Of a DNA stretch of 64,000 bases, positions 39,962 through 49,944 are shown piece after piece. Every line of letters starts with the position of its first letter. Position 1 is the first letter of the stretch. The notes below the pieces were generated by a model that was given only the letters and a program-made list of their open reading frames with translations, had not been told where the DNA came from and made no database searches. Position numbers and translations under genes: made by a program. Source of the stretch: Nannocystales bacterium (GTDB lineage Bacteria > Myxococcota_A > Polyangia > Nannocystales > Nannocystaceae); NCBI GenBank assembly GCA_050633305.1, contig JBOEGF010000043.1, forward strand, positions 64,001 to 128,000, given 5' to 3'.

Positions 39962-41419
39962 CTATCGCTGTGCCGCGACCCGTCGGTAGTGTAGCGACCC
40001 GCCCCCGCGCTCGAGCACCAACATGGTCGATGCGGCTGTCGTGGTGATGTATGCGGTGGACTGAGGTCGGTCCTTGAAGAAGAACTTCCGGGGGGCGGTG
40101 GGGTGCATGCGCCTGCTCTGTCTGCCTTGGATGTGGAGGCGCAACCCCTCACCCTGCACGAATTCCGTGTCGACCACGCGTAGGGTCGAAAGGGTCTCCG
40201 CGTCGGCGGTGAGCTCGACGTGACGAAGGTCGCTGGGTGTCATCACCCACTGCCCGGCAAACGCGGCGAAGGGCTCGGGATCAAGTGGCACTGGCCGCGC
40301 TTCATCGCGCACGGGAACAGGAAACTCGTACGCCATCTGGGCGACGGCCTCGGCGATCTGGGAGCCGGGAGCGACCTCGGAGTTCGCCAGGTGAATCACG
40401 ACCAAGCCGTCGGAGGGGATGAGCAACACGCCGTGTTCGTGGCCGTCGAAGAGTCCCACCCAGCCGTACGCATCGCGTCCCGCGATGGTGGTGGGGGCGA
40501 ATCCGTATGGTTTGTCGAGGTCGTTGTTGCCGAACATGCGGCGACTAAGCTCGGCGCCGTAGGTCTCGTTGAGCAGGGCTGCGTACAGCTTGCCCAGGTC
40601 GGTCGCGGTCGAGGTCCAGCCTCCGGCGGCGCCCAAGGACGCGGGGGTGGCTTCAACGACCGGCTCGAGGTGTTCGTCCGGATGAAAGGACAGCCCGACG
40701 GATGCCCCCGGCTGTCGTCCGAACTTGGTGTGCTCCATGCCCAGAGGACCCAAGACCCGGGTCTGCACAACATCGGCATAGGGCTGCTCGGTGACCTCTT
40801 CGAGCAGCAGCCCGAGCAACGCCGCGTTGGACAAGCTCGGCGCGAAGTCGGTGCCCGGGTCGAACTCCAGGGGGTCGCCTGCGAAGGAGGTGACCAACGC
40901 CTTGTGGGTGGCCGCGCGTCGCTTGTAGACCCGCTCGAACAACATCGTCTCGGTGAAGTTGGGCAGCCCGCTGGTCATGGTCAGCAGGTGTTCCACCGTG
41001 ATGGATGGCTGCAGTCCCAGGTCCGGAATGTGGGTGGCCACCGCGTCGTCCAACGCGAGGTCTCCGCTGCGCACGAGGTCGAGCACCGCGACGTGGGTGA
41101 GGTGGACGGAGAGCGTGCCGATCTCGAAGGCGTCGTCCTCTCCGTGCGCGGTTTCTTGGGCGAGATCCCGAAGCCCCCAAGACTGCTGATACAGGGTCTC
41201 CCCCTCCGCGAACACGGCGGTGGTGCCATGGACCCGGAACGTCGGCCACTGCTTGCCCCATCCGGCGACGTAGGTGCTCAGCGATTGGGCGAAGTCGTCC
41301 GGCAAGGTGAAGGCCGCGGGTTCTTCGACGGGGGCTGCGGCGGGGGAGGGAGGGCGGGACTCTCCGGCGCACGCAGAGGCCGCGACGGCGAGGATGAGGA
41401 CGAGGGGGCGGGCGGACAT
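39962..41419 (-). CDS. Lipoprotein of the serine hydrolase/beta-lactamase family with degenerate catalytic motifs
   Basis: ITVEHLLTMTSGL, LEFDPGT and PLGMEHT motifs; SxxK appears as TLSV. Confidence 0.85.
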   Translation of the reverse strand: MSARPLVLILAVAASACAGESRPPSPAAAPVEEPAAFTLPDDFAQSLSTYVAGWGKQWPTFRVHGTTAVFAEGETLYQQSWGLRDLAQETAHGEDDAFEIGTLSVHLTHVAVLDLVRSGDLALDDAVATHIPDLGLQPSITVEHLLTMTSGLPNFTETMLFERVYKRRAATHKALVTSFAGDPLEFDPGTDFAPSLSNAALLGLLLEEVTEQPYADVVQTRVLGPLGMEHTKFGRQPGASVGLSFHPDEHLEPVVEATPASLGAAGGWTSTATDLGKLYAALLNETYGAELSRRMFGNNDLDKPYGFAPTTIAGRDAYGWVGLFDGHEHGVLLIPSDGLVVIHLANSEVAPGSQIAEAVAQMAYEFPVPVRDEARPVPLDPEPFAAFAGQWVMTPSDLRHVELTADAETLSTLRVVDTEFVQGEGLRLHIQGRQSRRMHPTAPRKFFFKDRPQSTAYITTTAASTMLVLERGGGSLHYRRVAAQR

Positions 41420-41752
41420 CGGCATCGCTACGCACCGGGCGGAGGCGGAAACGTTCCCGGCTCCTACATCGACACACCGGGAGGTTCGAAGGTTCGATGC
41501 CGACAGCGGCGCGACGCACGAAGCGCCAAGGACGGGCTCGAACCTGCAGATCGGGCTCGCCGGAATGGGGGCAGACCACGGTTTGGCGGACGTTTTCAGG
41601 CTCGCCAACTCGTCGCTGGAGGAAGCTGTCCGGAAAACGAAACGCATCGAGCCTGCCGGCGTTGTTCGAGTACCCTCGTGCTCCGGTTCGTGAACGCCGC
41701 TTCGAAGTTGGCCGGGGTGTCGGTCCCCTATGACGTGGAACTCCCCGAAATC

Positions 41753-42457
41753 ATGAACAGTCCGCCCCTCTTCTCACTCTTCTGTGCCGCTGTCGCGGTG
41801 GCATCGGCATGCGCTCCTGCGCCGCAAATGCCCGCCGAGGCGCCTTCACCGTCGGCCACTGCGTCGGGGACACCATCCCAGCCGGCCGGTGATCCCGACG
41901 CCCCTCGCTACAAGCCCAGCTCGTCGAGCGCGAACGCGGTGGACATCACGACGAACGCTTATGGGGCGTATGGTGCCGCTCCCGATGCGCCCGAGATCGG
42001 CGATCGCGTCGAGGACTTCACACTCCCGCTCGCCGACGGCGGGACGTTCGACCTGGCACAGGCACGCTCAGCTGGCCCGGTGTTGGTGATGTTCTATCGG
42101 GGCTTTTGGTGACCCGCTTGCAACACGCAGCTCGGCGAGCTGCAAAGTTCCATGTCGGAGTTCGACGCCCGAGGCGTCACGGTCGTCGCGTTGAGCGTCG
42201 ATGCTCCCGAGGTTTCGCTTCCGTGGGTCGAGAAAAAAGGGTTCACATTTCCGGTCGCCTGCGACTCCAAGCTGGAGGTCATCCGCGCGTGGGGCCTGGA
42301 GAACACGGACGTTGGCGACCTGTCGCTGCACGCGGTGGTTCTGCTCGACCCTGACGGGACCGTCTTCTATCGAAAGATCGCGCGGCGGCGCGCCTACCCG
42401 CCCGAGTTCCTCGACGCGATCGACTATCGACAACAGAAACTCGCGGCGCCCGGGTAG
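41753..42457 (+). CDS. Selenocysteine-containing peroxiredoxin-like (AhpC/TSA/redoxin) lipoprotein
   Basis: IGDRVEDFTLP...MFYRGFW-TGA(42110-42112)-PACNTQL continues in frame to VVALSVD...FPVACD...WG; SECIS-like hairpin follows. Confidence 0.88.
42113..42147 (+). promoter_or_regulatory. Bacterial SECIS-like element
   Basis: Perfect stem gcagctc-ggc-gagctgc (42127-42143), with a G-first loop about 21 nt after the UGA. Confidence 0.75.
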
Positions 42458-42510
42458 CGGTTCGCGAGTTGGGGTTGGCGGCGGGAGCTCTAGACCCCCG
42501 CTGCCGCCTG

Positions 42511-43557
42511 TCATGTCCGCAGGTCGCCGAACTCGCGGGGGGTCGCCTGCGCGCGCGCGGCCCCAGGCGAGAGGCCGAAGACCCGCTTGAATGCCCGACA
42601 GAACGCCGCCTCGGAGCCGTATCCGAACCGCGTCGCGACGCAGGCCAGGGGCTCCGTTGTTGTCTGCAGGTGCGTACGTGCGAGATTGAGCCGCCACGCG
42701 GTCAGGTAGCGCATGGGGGACTCGTCGAGCAGCTCGGTGAAGCGAGCCGAGAACGCCGAGCGTGACATGCCGGCCTGCGCGGCCAAGCCGGCGACGCTCC
42801 AGTCCTCCTGTGGGTCGCGGTGGATTGCAGCGAGTGCTCGCCCGATCTGCGGGTCACGCAATGCCGCCAACCACCCTCGATCGGCATCCGGAGAGGTCGC
42901 GAGCCACCTGCGGATCGCCTGGATGACGAGGACATCTGCGAGGCGGGTCACGACGGTTTCTCCGCCGGGGCGCATGGTTTTGGCCTCGCGGGTGATCAGC
43001 TGCAGGGTGCTGTGCAGCCAGGCTCCCGACTCGTCGTCCCAACCATCGACGGAGAGCACGGGCGGCAGGAGGTCGACGAGTCGATGCGCCGCGACGTGGT
43101 CGAAGCGGACCACGCCGTACGTCGCTTCGGTCACAGCACCGCCGCCACCCCAACGCAGCGTTTCATAGCGGTCGGTGATCGCTTGCACGGGCAGTTCGGA
43201 CAGCTCGACCGTGCGCGCGCGTCGGTCGCTGCGCAGGCGATGGGGGGTGCCGTGGGGGATGAGGGTGAGGCTCCCCGGACCCAGTTCCGCGGGCTCGACC
43301 CCGGCCATCTCGAGCCAGCATCCGCCCGCGGTGAGAATGACAAAGGTCATCATCCCCGGGAACGCCGGGATCGCGATGCCCCAGGGTGCGGAGAGTTCCG
43401 AGCGGCAGTACAAGGTGCCCGTCATCCGCAGCTGATGCAGGGTCTCGCCGAGCGGATCGGACCGATGGGGCGGTGGAGTGCGCGATCGAGACACGGAGAC
43501 GCCTGCAGCGTCGCAGAGGACAGGCTCGTCGTCCAACGGATTGGACGATGGGTACAT
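42511..43557 (-). CDS. AraC-family regulator with a cupin domain
   Basis: DPLGETL, PWG, LRDPQIGRAL, MSRSAFSARF and GYGSEAAF.RAFKR motifs; start uncertain. Confidence 0.92.
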   Translation of the reverse strand: MYPSSNPLDDEPVLCDAAGVSVSRSRTPPPHRSDPLGETLHQLRMTGTLYCRSELSAPWGIAIPAFPGMMTFVILTAGGCWLEMAGVEPAELGPGSLTLIPHGTPHRLRSDRRARTVELSELPVQAITDRYETLRWGGGGAVTEATYGVVRFDHVAAHRLVDLLPPVLSVDGWDDESGAWLHSTLQLITREAKTMRPGGETVVTRLADVLVIQAIRRWLATSPDADRGWLAALRDPQIGRALAAIHRDPQEDWSVAGLAAQAGMSRSAFSARFTELLDESPMRYLTAWRLNLARTHLQTTTEPLACVATRFGYGSEAAFCRAFKRVFGLSPGAARAQATPREFGDLRT

Positions 43558-43614
43558 CGATGCGGATGTGTGGTCGTTGCCGGCCGCGCATGCGCAACGC
43601 ATCTTCCACCTACG

Positions 43615-44037
43615 ATGAACGGGTCCAAGATACTGACCATCATTCTCCTCGGCTCTGGGATTCTCGGTACGTGTGTTGGAGCCGGCTTGCTCCTGGTACC
43701 GGAGATGTTCCATGCGAGCAGTGGTATCGAGATCGGCGGGAACGTCAGTCTGCTCAGCGAGACCAGGGCGCCCGGCGGCGCCTTGTTGGCCATCGGGGCA
43801 CTCATCACCGCGGGGGCTTTCGTGCGTCATCTTCGTTTCACCGCCACGGTCTTGGCGACTGTGGTGTATCTGTCCTACGGCCTTGGCCGGGTGTTGAGCA
43901 TGTTGGTGGACGGACTGCCTTCGAGCATCCTCGTGCAGGCGGCCATCCTCGAGCTGGTCATCGGTGGGGTTTGCCTGGCTGCACTCCTGCGCTACCGACC
44001 CGGGCCCACGGGACATCACTCGACGGCCAAGGGATAG
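43615..44037 (+). CDS. DUF4345-like membrane protein
   Basis: LLSETRAPGG and GRVLSMLVDGLP motifs; 4 TM. Confidence 0.8.
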   Translation: MNGSKILTIILLGSGILGTCVGAGLLLVPEMFHASSGIEIGGNVSLLSETRAPGGALLAIGALITAGAFVRHLRFTATVLATVVYLSYGLGRVLSMLVDGLPSSILVQAAILELVIGGVCLAALLRYRPGPTGHHSTAKG

Positions 44038-44141
44038 AGAAACTGGCATTGCGCGGCGTCGGACTCGGCGGCTGTGGCGAAGCGCCGGCAGGGTGCAGGA
44101 CGCCGTGGACATCGCCGACTCGCCGATGGTAGGGCGGAAGC

Positions 44142-45938
44142 GTGTCCTCGAAGGGCCCCCCCGCCTGGCTGTATCTGCTGCTGGCCACCGCCGCAGTGAT
44201 CGGGGCGTGGATTCTCGCGTGGGAAGGCCCAACACGCCGTCGCCCGGGGGAGGAGACGCGGTCGCCGAGGGAGGACACCACGACATCTCAGGCGCCCAAG
44301 CGCTCAGGCGGCTGGGCGCCACGACCGCTGCCCGCCGAGCGCGCTCCGACGCCGCTGGGCTGCACCCCCCAAGAGGACACCATCTGCGTTCGCGGGGACG
44401 CGTGGTGGATCGACAGCTGTGGCAACCCACATGAGAAGGCGGAGGAGTGCGGCGTCACGCGTTGTGAAGACGGGGCCTGCGTAGGTCCGGACCTCGCCTG
44501 TGCACAGATCGGGGGCGGTCGATGTGAAGGCGGCGTGGCTGTAGGCTGCGCTGCTGGGCGTCTGTATCGAAGAGACTGCGCCGAGGTGGGGCGGCAGTGC
44601 GTGCTCACCGAAGAGGGGCCCGCCTGTGGTCCGGCGGAAGGGACGCCCTGTGTTCTCGGGGTACCCCCACGGTGCGACGGTGACACGCTTGTCTCCTGCG
44701 CGGACGGGCTGCAGCAGCGGCTCGACTGCGCATCGGTCGGTGCGCGTTGCCAGCCACTACGCGGTGGCTGGGCGGACGCTTGTGTTCGTCCGAGCGCGCC
44801 TCCCCAGCGCTTGGGATGCTCGGCCTGCGGGTGCGAGCCGGACAATGAGGCGGACGAGCTGTGCAACGGTCGCGATGACGACGGAGATGGGTTCGTTGAC
44901 GAGGGCGCGGACTGTGGCGTGGTCGATCTTGTTGCGGTGGTGGTCGCGGACTCGGCGGGCAACACCGACTACACCGATGCCGACCTCACAACAGAGCTGG
45001 ACCGCATCAACGGATACTTCGCTCGCGACGACGACCTCGGGCTGTCGTTTCGCTGGGCGGACACGGTGTACCTCGATGCCGAGGCGTGGCTCGAGATCGA
45101 TGACAGCGAGCTCCAGGAGGTGCTGACCGGGAGCGCGCACGTCCGCCAGCGCGACAGCTTCTACATTCCGATCGTGTTCACGCGGGAGCTTCTCGTGGAT
45201 GAGGTCCCGCGTCCGGGATTGGCCACGCCGCCCAACGGGATCTGTGGAGGTGTTCGCCGCGTTCAGGGCCGTCAACCACTCGTCGGCGGGGTGATCATCG
45301 CCAAGCAGCGGTGGGAGAGCACCGTGGCCCATGAGATCGGGCACTACCTCGGGCTGTGCCATACCCACGCGCCCACGACGGATGCCGTCTCAGAGCTCGA
45401 TGAGCAAGGAGAGCCGTGCACCGAGCCCTGTGCGCTGCTCGGTGATGGAGTCTGCGATACGCCGCCCGATCCGGGCCCGGTGTCCTGCGAGGTTGTGGAG
45501 GGTTGTGGCCTGTCTTGTGAAGGCGGGGAGGCGGCCGATGCGACGAACGTCATGGCGTACTACCCGTCGTGCCGCACCCAGTTCACCCCCGAGCAGGCGG
45601 CGACCGTACGCGAGGGGCTCTCGTGGCGGCGCGGTTGGTACGCGTGCGTGTTTGAGCCGTGTCCGTGCCGTCCCTCCGAAGGGGACTGCGCCGAAGGCAT
45701 GACGTGTTCGCCGTTCGACGCCGACGACGGGGGACAGCGTTGGCAGTGTCGGCTCGACGGACCTGCGCCTCCGGGAGCCCCGTGCGGGTCCGCTGATGCC
45801 TGCGATGGTGGGCTGTGCGTGCGCCAAGCAGACGGAGGCTCGACGTGCGCCCGGATGTGCAACGCCCGAACACCTGGCTGCGAGTGTGCGTCGCTTCCGG
45901 GCATCGCGCCTTCTTTGTGTGTCGACGACTTGGAGTGA
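44142..45938 (+). CDS. M43 (pappalysin-like) zinc metalloprotease with Cys-rich modules
   Basis: HEIGHYLGLCHTH, DGVCDTP and NVMAY motifs; ELCNGRDDDGDGFVDEG metal-binding repeat. Confidence 0.88.
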   Translation: MSSKGPPAWLYLLLATAAVIGAWILAWEGPTRRRPGEETRSPREDTTTSQAPKRSGGWAPRPLPAERAPTPLGCTPQEDTICVRGDAWWIDSCGNPHEKAEECGVTRCEDGACVGPDLACAQIGGGRCEGGVAVGCAAGRLYRRDCAEVGRQCVLTEEGPACGPAEGTPCVLGVPPRCDGDTLVSCADGLQQRLDCASVGARCQPLRGGWADACVRPSAPPQRLGCSACGCEPDNEADELCNGRDDDGDGFVDEGADCGVVDLVAVVVADSAGNTDYTDADLTTELDRINGYFARDDDLGLSFRWADTVYLDAEAWLEIDDSELQEVLTGSAHVRQRDSFYIPIVFTRELLVDEVPRPGLATPPNGICGGVRRVQGRQPLVGGVIIAKQRWESTVAHEIGHYLGLCHTHAPTTDAVSELDEQGEPCTEPCALLGDGVCDTPPDPGPVSCEVVEGCGLSCEGGEAADATNVMAYYPSCRTQFTPEQAATVREGLSWRRGWYACVFEPCPCRPSEGDCAEGMTCSPFDADDGGQRWQCRLDGPAPPGAPCGSADACDGGLCVRQADGGSTCARMCNARTPGCECASLPGIAPSLCVDDLE

Positions 45939-45982
45939 GTGCCGACCTCCGACTCAGACGCGGCCGTCGGGGCGAAGGGCCC

Positions 45983-47344
45983 TCACTGCGACAGCAGGAC
46001 GTTGGCCGCGTAGGTGTCCTCGCCCTGGGCCGAGATGGTCACGATGTCGAGGGAACCGTTGCCATCGAGGTCGGTGATCTCGGTCTGCCAGGTGGGAATC
46101 GCTTGCCCCTCGATCCCGGTCGCCTCGGCGGTGATCTCGTACGAGACGCCTCCGCTGAAGCTCGGGCCGAGTCCGACGTTGACGATGGCGAGGTCGGTGC
46201 GACGCAGCCCGATGTCGGGGGTGCCGTCTCCGTCGAAGTCGGCGATCGCGTAGCCGGTGATCCGTTCGCCGGCTTCGATCACCGGTCCATCTTGCAGGCC
46301 GCCGCTGCCGTCCTGATTGAAGACGTGCAGGGTCGCGCCGTAGGTGTTGGACATCGGATCCCCGGTGCTCGTGAGCACCAGGTCTCCGCGACCGTCGGCG
46401 TCGACGTCCTCGATACGGGCCGAGGCGGGCGCGAGATCGCCTCCGAGTTCCAGGGTGGAACTCGATGCAAAGCTTCCTGCGTTGTTGGTGAACACGACGA
46501 CTTCGAGGCCGTTGTCTCCCTCTCGAACCACGAGCAGCTCGTCCATGCCATCGCCGGTGGTGTCGGTGGCCAGGACCGTCCAGGGTCCCGAGGGCGCCCC
46601 GGTTACGGCGGCGTCTTGGATTCCACCGCAATCCTGGGCGGTGCAGCTGTGGAGTTCGATGGTGTTCAGGGTCGAGGCGTCGGGTGCGAAGGCGAGGTCG
46701 GTGGAGCCGTCCCCGTCGAAGTCGCCGAACCACGGACCGGCCGGGGGCGACCCGGTGGGTTCGTAGAACCGACGAAGCTCCGAGCCCTGCATCCACCACA
46801 CATCGACCTGGACATCGCCGAGGGCACCGTAGGTTCCCTGCAGGAACACGTTGCGGACTTCGCTCGAGCGGGAGCCGGCCGGACGGGGGCGCGAGAGGGC
46901 AACTGGGCGACCGTTGGCCATGGGCTCACTTCCAAAGCTCAGCGCCACGCCGCCATCGAAGGTCCCGCTGTTGTTGGTGAACAGCACGGCTTCGTCAGCT
47001 TCGTCAGGGCCGGTCTCTTCGCTGCGGGCCAGCATGTCGACATCGCCGTCCCCGTCGAAGTCGCCGAAGGTGACCTCCGTTGAGGGGACCGGGACGAGGG
47101 CCTCGACCATGCACGCACCCTCGCCTTGCTGAACGACGCAGTTACCGGGGACGACTCCGGTGCTCGGGGTATCGGTGGACGATCCTGAGTCCGCGTCGGT
47201 GTCGGTGTCGCCTGCGGTTGTGCTCGTGGCGTCGTCGGTGGCCGAGGCCTCCCCAGTGCCACTGTCCTCGGCTGAGGCGTCGTCGCCACATCCCAGGGTG
47301 AGCCAAGGGCACAACAGCGCAGCGCATGCGAGCGGGCGGAGCAT
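45983..47344 (-). CDS. FG-GAP/VCBS-repeat lipoprotein
   Basis: Lipobox TLGC; repeated DFDGDG.xD motifs. Confidence 0.88.
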   Translation of the reverse strand: MLRPLACAALLCPWLTLGCGDDASAEDSGTGEASATDDATSTTAGDTDTDADSGSSTDTPSTGVVPGNCVVQQGEGACMVEALVPVPSTEVTFGDFDGDGDVDMLARSEETGPDEADEAVLFTNNSGTFDGGVALSFGSEPMANGRPVALSRPRPAGSRSSEVRNVFLQGTYGALGDVQVDVWWMQGSELRRFYEPTGSPPAGPWFGDFDGDGSTDLAFAPDASTLNTIELHSCTAQDCGGIQDAAVTGAPSGPWTVLATDTTGDGMDELLVVREGDNGLEVVVFTNNAGSFASSSTLELGGDLAPASARIEDVDADGRGDLVLTSTGDPMSNTYGATLHVFNQDGSGGLQDGPVIEAGERITGYAIADFDGDGTPDIGLRRTDLAIVNVGLGPSFSGGVSYEITAEATGIEGQAIPTWQTEITDLDGNGSLDIVTISAQGEDTYAANVLLSQ

Positions 47345-47398
47345 CGCGGGGACTGTAGCAGCCCGGCCCGTCGGTCGGGTTGCGATGCCGCGCTCTGC

Positions 47399-48136
47399 TC
47401 AGAACCAGACCGAGAAGCCGGCCTGTGCGGCGAGATTGATGAAATCGCCGTCTTTGGAGTAGTCCTCCTCGATGATGACGTCGCCGACCTCACTCCGGCC
47501 CTTGGTATGCGGCGCTGCGTAGTCGAAGGTCAGGGCCAGGTCGATGGAGAACGCGTCGATGAGGAAAATGTGCGCGCCTCCGCCGACGCCGACGATGGGG
47601 TGGATCTCACTGAAGCTGTAGAGTTGCTCGGGGTCCGTTTCGATGCGAGTCGAACCAGCGCTGCCCCCGAAGCCGAATCGGCCCTCGATGAAGGGCCGGG
47701 CTCGCTTGCCGGGCAGAAAGAGGTAGCGGAAGTACGGCACGAGCTGACCGCTGACGGCGGTCGTTCGGGACGGGACGGGCCCACCAGGACCACCGTCGTC
47801 TTCGTCTCCTTCCGTATCGAGGTTGAACGCAAAGCGGCCACCCACAATCGCATTCCCGCCCAGGAACACGTAGCCAAACCCAAGTGACCACACCGGGGGC
47901 ACGAGGAGTCGGTCCGCGCCCGTCGGCCGGCCAAAGCCAAACCCGAGCCGGTTGGTGTTCTCACCGTCACCGTCGGGGTTGAAGTGCGAGAACGAAAGCA
48001 CGTCGAGCTCGCCGTGGAAGCGGAACCGCTTGCCAGTGTTGGTGGGCTCGGCTGCGGATGCACCACTGCTCGCGAAGGCAACCGCCGCAGCGGCGAGCGC
48101 GGGAAGGGCCAGGGCACGAAGCGTTCCAGGGATCAT
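47399..48136 (-). CDS. Outer-membrane beta-barrel protein
   Basis: Signal peptide, amphipathic strands, C-terminal GFSVWF. Confidence 0.8.
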   Translation of the reverse strand: MIPGTLRALALPALAAAAVAFASSGASAAEPTNTGKRFRFHGELDVLSFSHFNPDGDGENTNRLGFGFGRPTGADRLLVPPVWSLGFGYVFLGGNAIVGGRFAFNLDTEGDEDDGGPGGPVPSRTTAVSGQLVPYFRYLFLPGKRARPFIEGRFGFGGSAGSTRIETDPEQLYSFSEIHPIVGVGGGAHIFLIDAFSIDLALTFDYAAPHTKGRSEVGDVIIEEDYSKDGDFINLAAQAGFSVWF

Positions 48137-48302
48137 GTCGCGACCCTACACCCACGTGCGCGTGGGTACGGCGCAGGGCTGTGCTCCGAGCCACAGTTCT
48201 CGGCCCGGACTGCGGGCCGTGTTGGATCCCTTGCTCGCTTTACAACCAGGTCGTGTGGGCGCGAGACTTGGTGCGCTCCGGTGGATGGAGCCAAGGAGCG
48301 CA

Positions 48303-49019
48303 ATGAGCGGGCTGCGGAACTTCGAAGAGATGTGGGATGCGTATCCCAACCCCGGTGGCACTGCGGCCGCAGCCAAGGCTGCGATCGGTGGAGGCGCGGA
48401 TCGGGACTGGATCCGCAACACGTGCGTGATTCGAATCAGCCGATCGTTCAACGCATCGGGCAACCCGATCCCCGACCGGCGCGACGATGGGCTGGCGACG
48501 GTGGTGGGCGCGGATGGACGGCACTACGCGCTGCGGGTGCACGAGTTCCGCCGATACTTGCAGCGAACCTACGGTGCCCCCGACTTGACGCATACCTACG
48601 CCGACGGTGAGGGCGGTCCGGTTCCCAACGCGTTCTTCGGAACGCGCGGCGTGGTGGTGTTTGACGTCGATATCTGGAGCGATGCGAGCGGCCACATCGA
48701 CCTGTGGAACCGCGATCGCTGCCGTCATGCGGCGTACTACGACGTCGCGGCCAAGGTGATGCTGTGGAAGGTCGACGAGGTTCGCACTGGTCCGCGCCTG
48801 GAAGGCTCGGTGGGGAGCCGCGGGGAGAACCGGCGCGATGACGTGTTGCTGGTGCAGACGTTGTTGGCGGAGCAAGGCGTGGACCCTGGCCCCATCGATG
48901 GGCTGATTGGGCGCAAGACGATTGCGGCGATCCGCGAGTTCCAGCGTGGGTTCATGCGCCGTGCGGACGGCCGGGTCGACCCCAACGGGCGTACGTTCCG
49001 CGAACTACTCGGACTCTGA
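48303..49019 (+). CDS. Tae4-family amidase fused to a peptidoglycan-binding domain
   Basis: NTCVIRIS and GVVVF...WSDASGHIDLW motifs; C-terminal DV..VQ.LL...DGLIG..T..AI..FQ...DGRVDP; RBS aaggag. Confidence 0.85.
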   Translation: MSGLRNFEEMWDAYPNPGGTAAAAKAAIGGGADRDWIRNTCVIRISRSFNASGNPIPDRRDDGLATVVGADGRHYALRVHEFRRYLQRTYGAPDLTHTYADGEGGPVPNAFFGTRGVVVFDVDIWSDASGHIDLWNRDRCRHAAYYDVAAKVMLWKVDEVRTGPRLEGSVGSRGENRRDDVLLVQTLLAEQGVDPGPIDGLIGRKTIAAIREFQRGFMRRADGRVDPNGRTFRELLGL

Positions 49020-49901
49020 GGGTCGTTGCAGTTCGGGCTGGGCGTCCTGTGGTCTGTCGACTTCGGGAACCACGGTCATCGGCTGTCCGGAGCCGCCGTG
49101 CCGGTCGGCGATCAGCTCGGCGACGACGCTCACAGCGATCTCAGCGGGTGTGCGTCCCCCAAGTGCGAGTCCGATCGGTGCGCGGACCCGGGAGAGGTCG
49201 GGACGCGGGCGTCCGCGCTGTTCCTCCCGAGCCAAGACCCGTCGAAGTACGGCGTGGACCTTTCGCCGTGACCCGATCATACCCAGATAGCGGAACGGCC
49301 GTCGCAGCAGATGCGCGAGGGCTCGTTCGTCGCGGGCGTGGTCGTGCGTCATGATCAGCACGTAGTCGCGGTCGTCGAGATCCGGCACCGCGACTTCGAG
49401 TTCGTCCACGTCGTAGGCGCCCGTTTGCATGCCAACGAACGCCGGATGCTCGAGCAGCTCCTCGCGCTCGTCGAGCACAGTGAGACGGAAGTCGGCCGAG
49501 ACCGCAAGCGGTGCCAGGGACTGGGCTACGTGTCCGGCTCCGATCACCACCAGGCGGGGTTGCGGTTGCAAGTACTCCACAAAAACTTCCATCGCTCCGC
49601 CGCAGCACATCGCGAGGTCCCGCACCAGGTGGGCCTGGACTTGACTGGAGCGGCCCTCGCGTATCGAAGCCTCGCACGCGGCGACGACCTGCGCTTCGAT
49701 GGCGCCTCCGCCCACGGTTCCGACCAACGTGCCGTCCTCGTGCAGCAGCAGCTTTGCGCCGACGCGCTGCGGCGCGGATCCGCTGCGTCCGGTCACGGTG
49801 GCCAACGCGGCGCGCTGGCGACGACCCTCGAGCACGTCGACCACCTCGCGAGCCAGCAAGGCCGCCGAGATGTTGCCACGAAGGGGGCTGGGGGTGCTCA
49901 C
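49005..49901 (-). CDS. XdhC/CoxI-family molybdoenzyme accessory protein
   Basis: GSAPQ..GAK, GTVGGG, MCCGG, GAGHVA, YLGMIGS and PIGL.LGG.TPAEIAVS motifs. Confidence 0.92.
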   Translation of the reverse strand: MSTPSPLRGNISAALLAREVVDVLEGRRQRAALATVTGRSGSAPQRVGAKLLLHEDGTLVGTVGGGAIEAQVVAACEASIREGRSSQVQAHLVRDLAMCCGGAMEVFVEYLQPQPRLVVIGAGHVAQSLAPLAVSADFRLTVLDEREELLEHPAFVGMQTGAYDVDELEVAVPDLDDRDYVLIMTHDHARDERALAHLLRRPFRYLGMIGSRRKVHAVLRRVLAREEQRGRPRPDLSRVRAPIGLALGGRTPAEIAVSVVAELIADRHGGSGQPMTVVPEVDRPQDAQPELQRPSESE

Positions 49902-49944
49902 GCGCGGAGTCTACCCCGGTCTGTCGCCACTGGTACCCTTGGGC

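Noticed and set aside
42152..42457. Stand-alone 101-aa redoxin ORF in the track
   Set aside because: It lacks the active site and is better explained as the C-terminal part of the TGA-readthrough selenoprotein.
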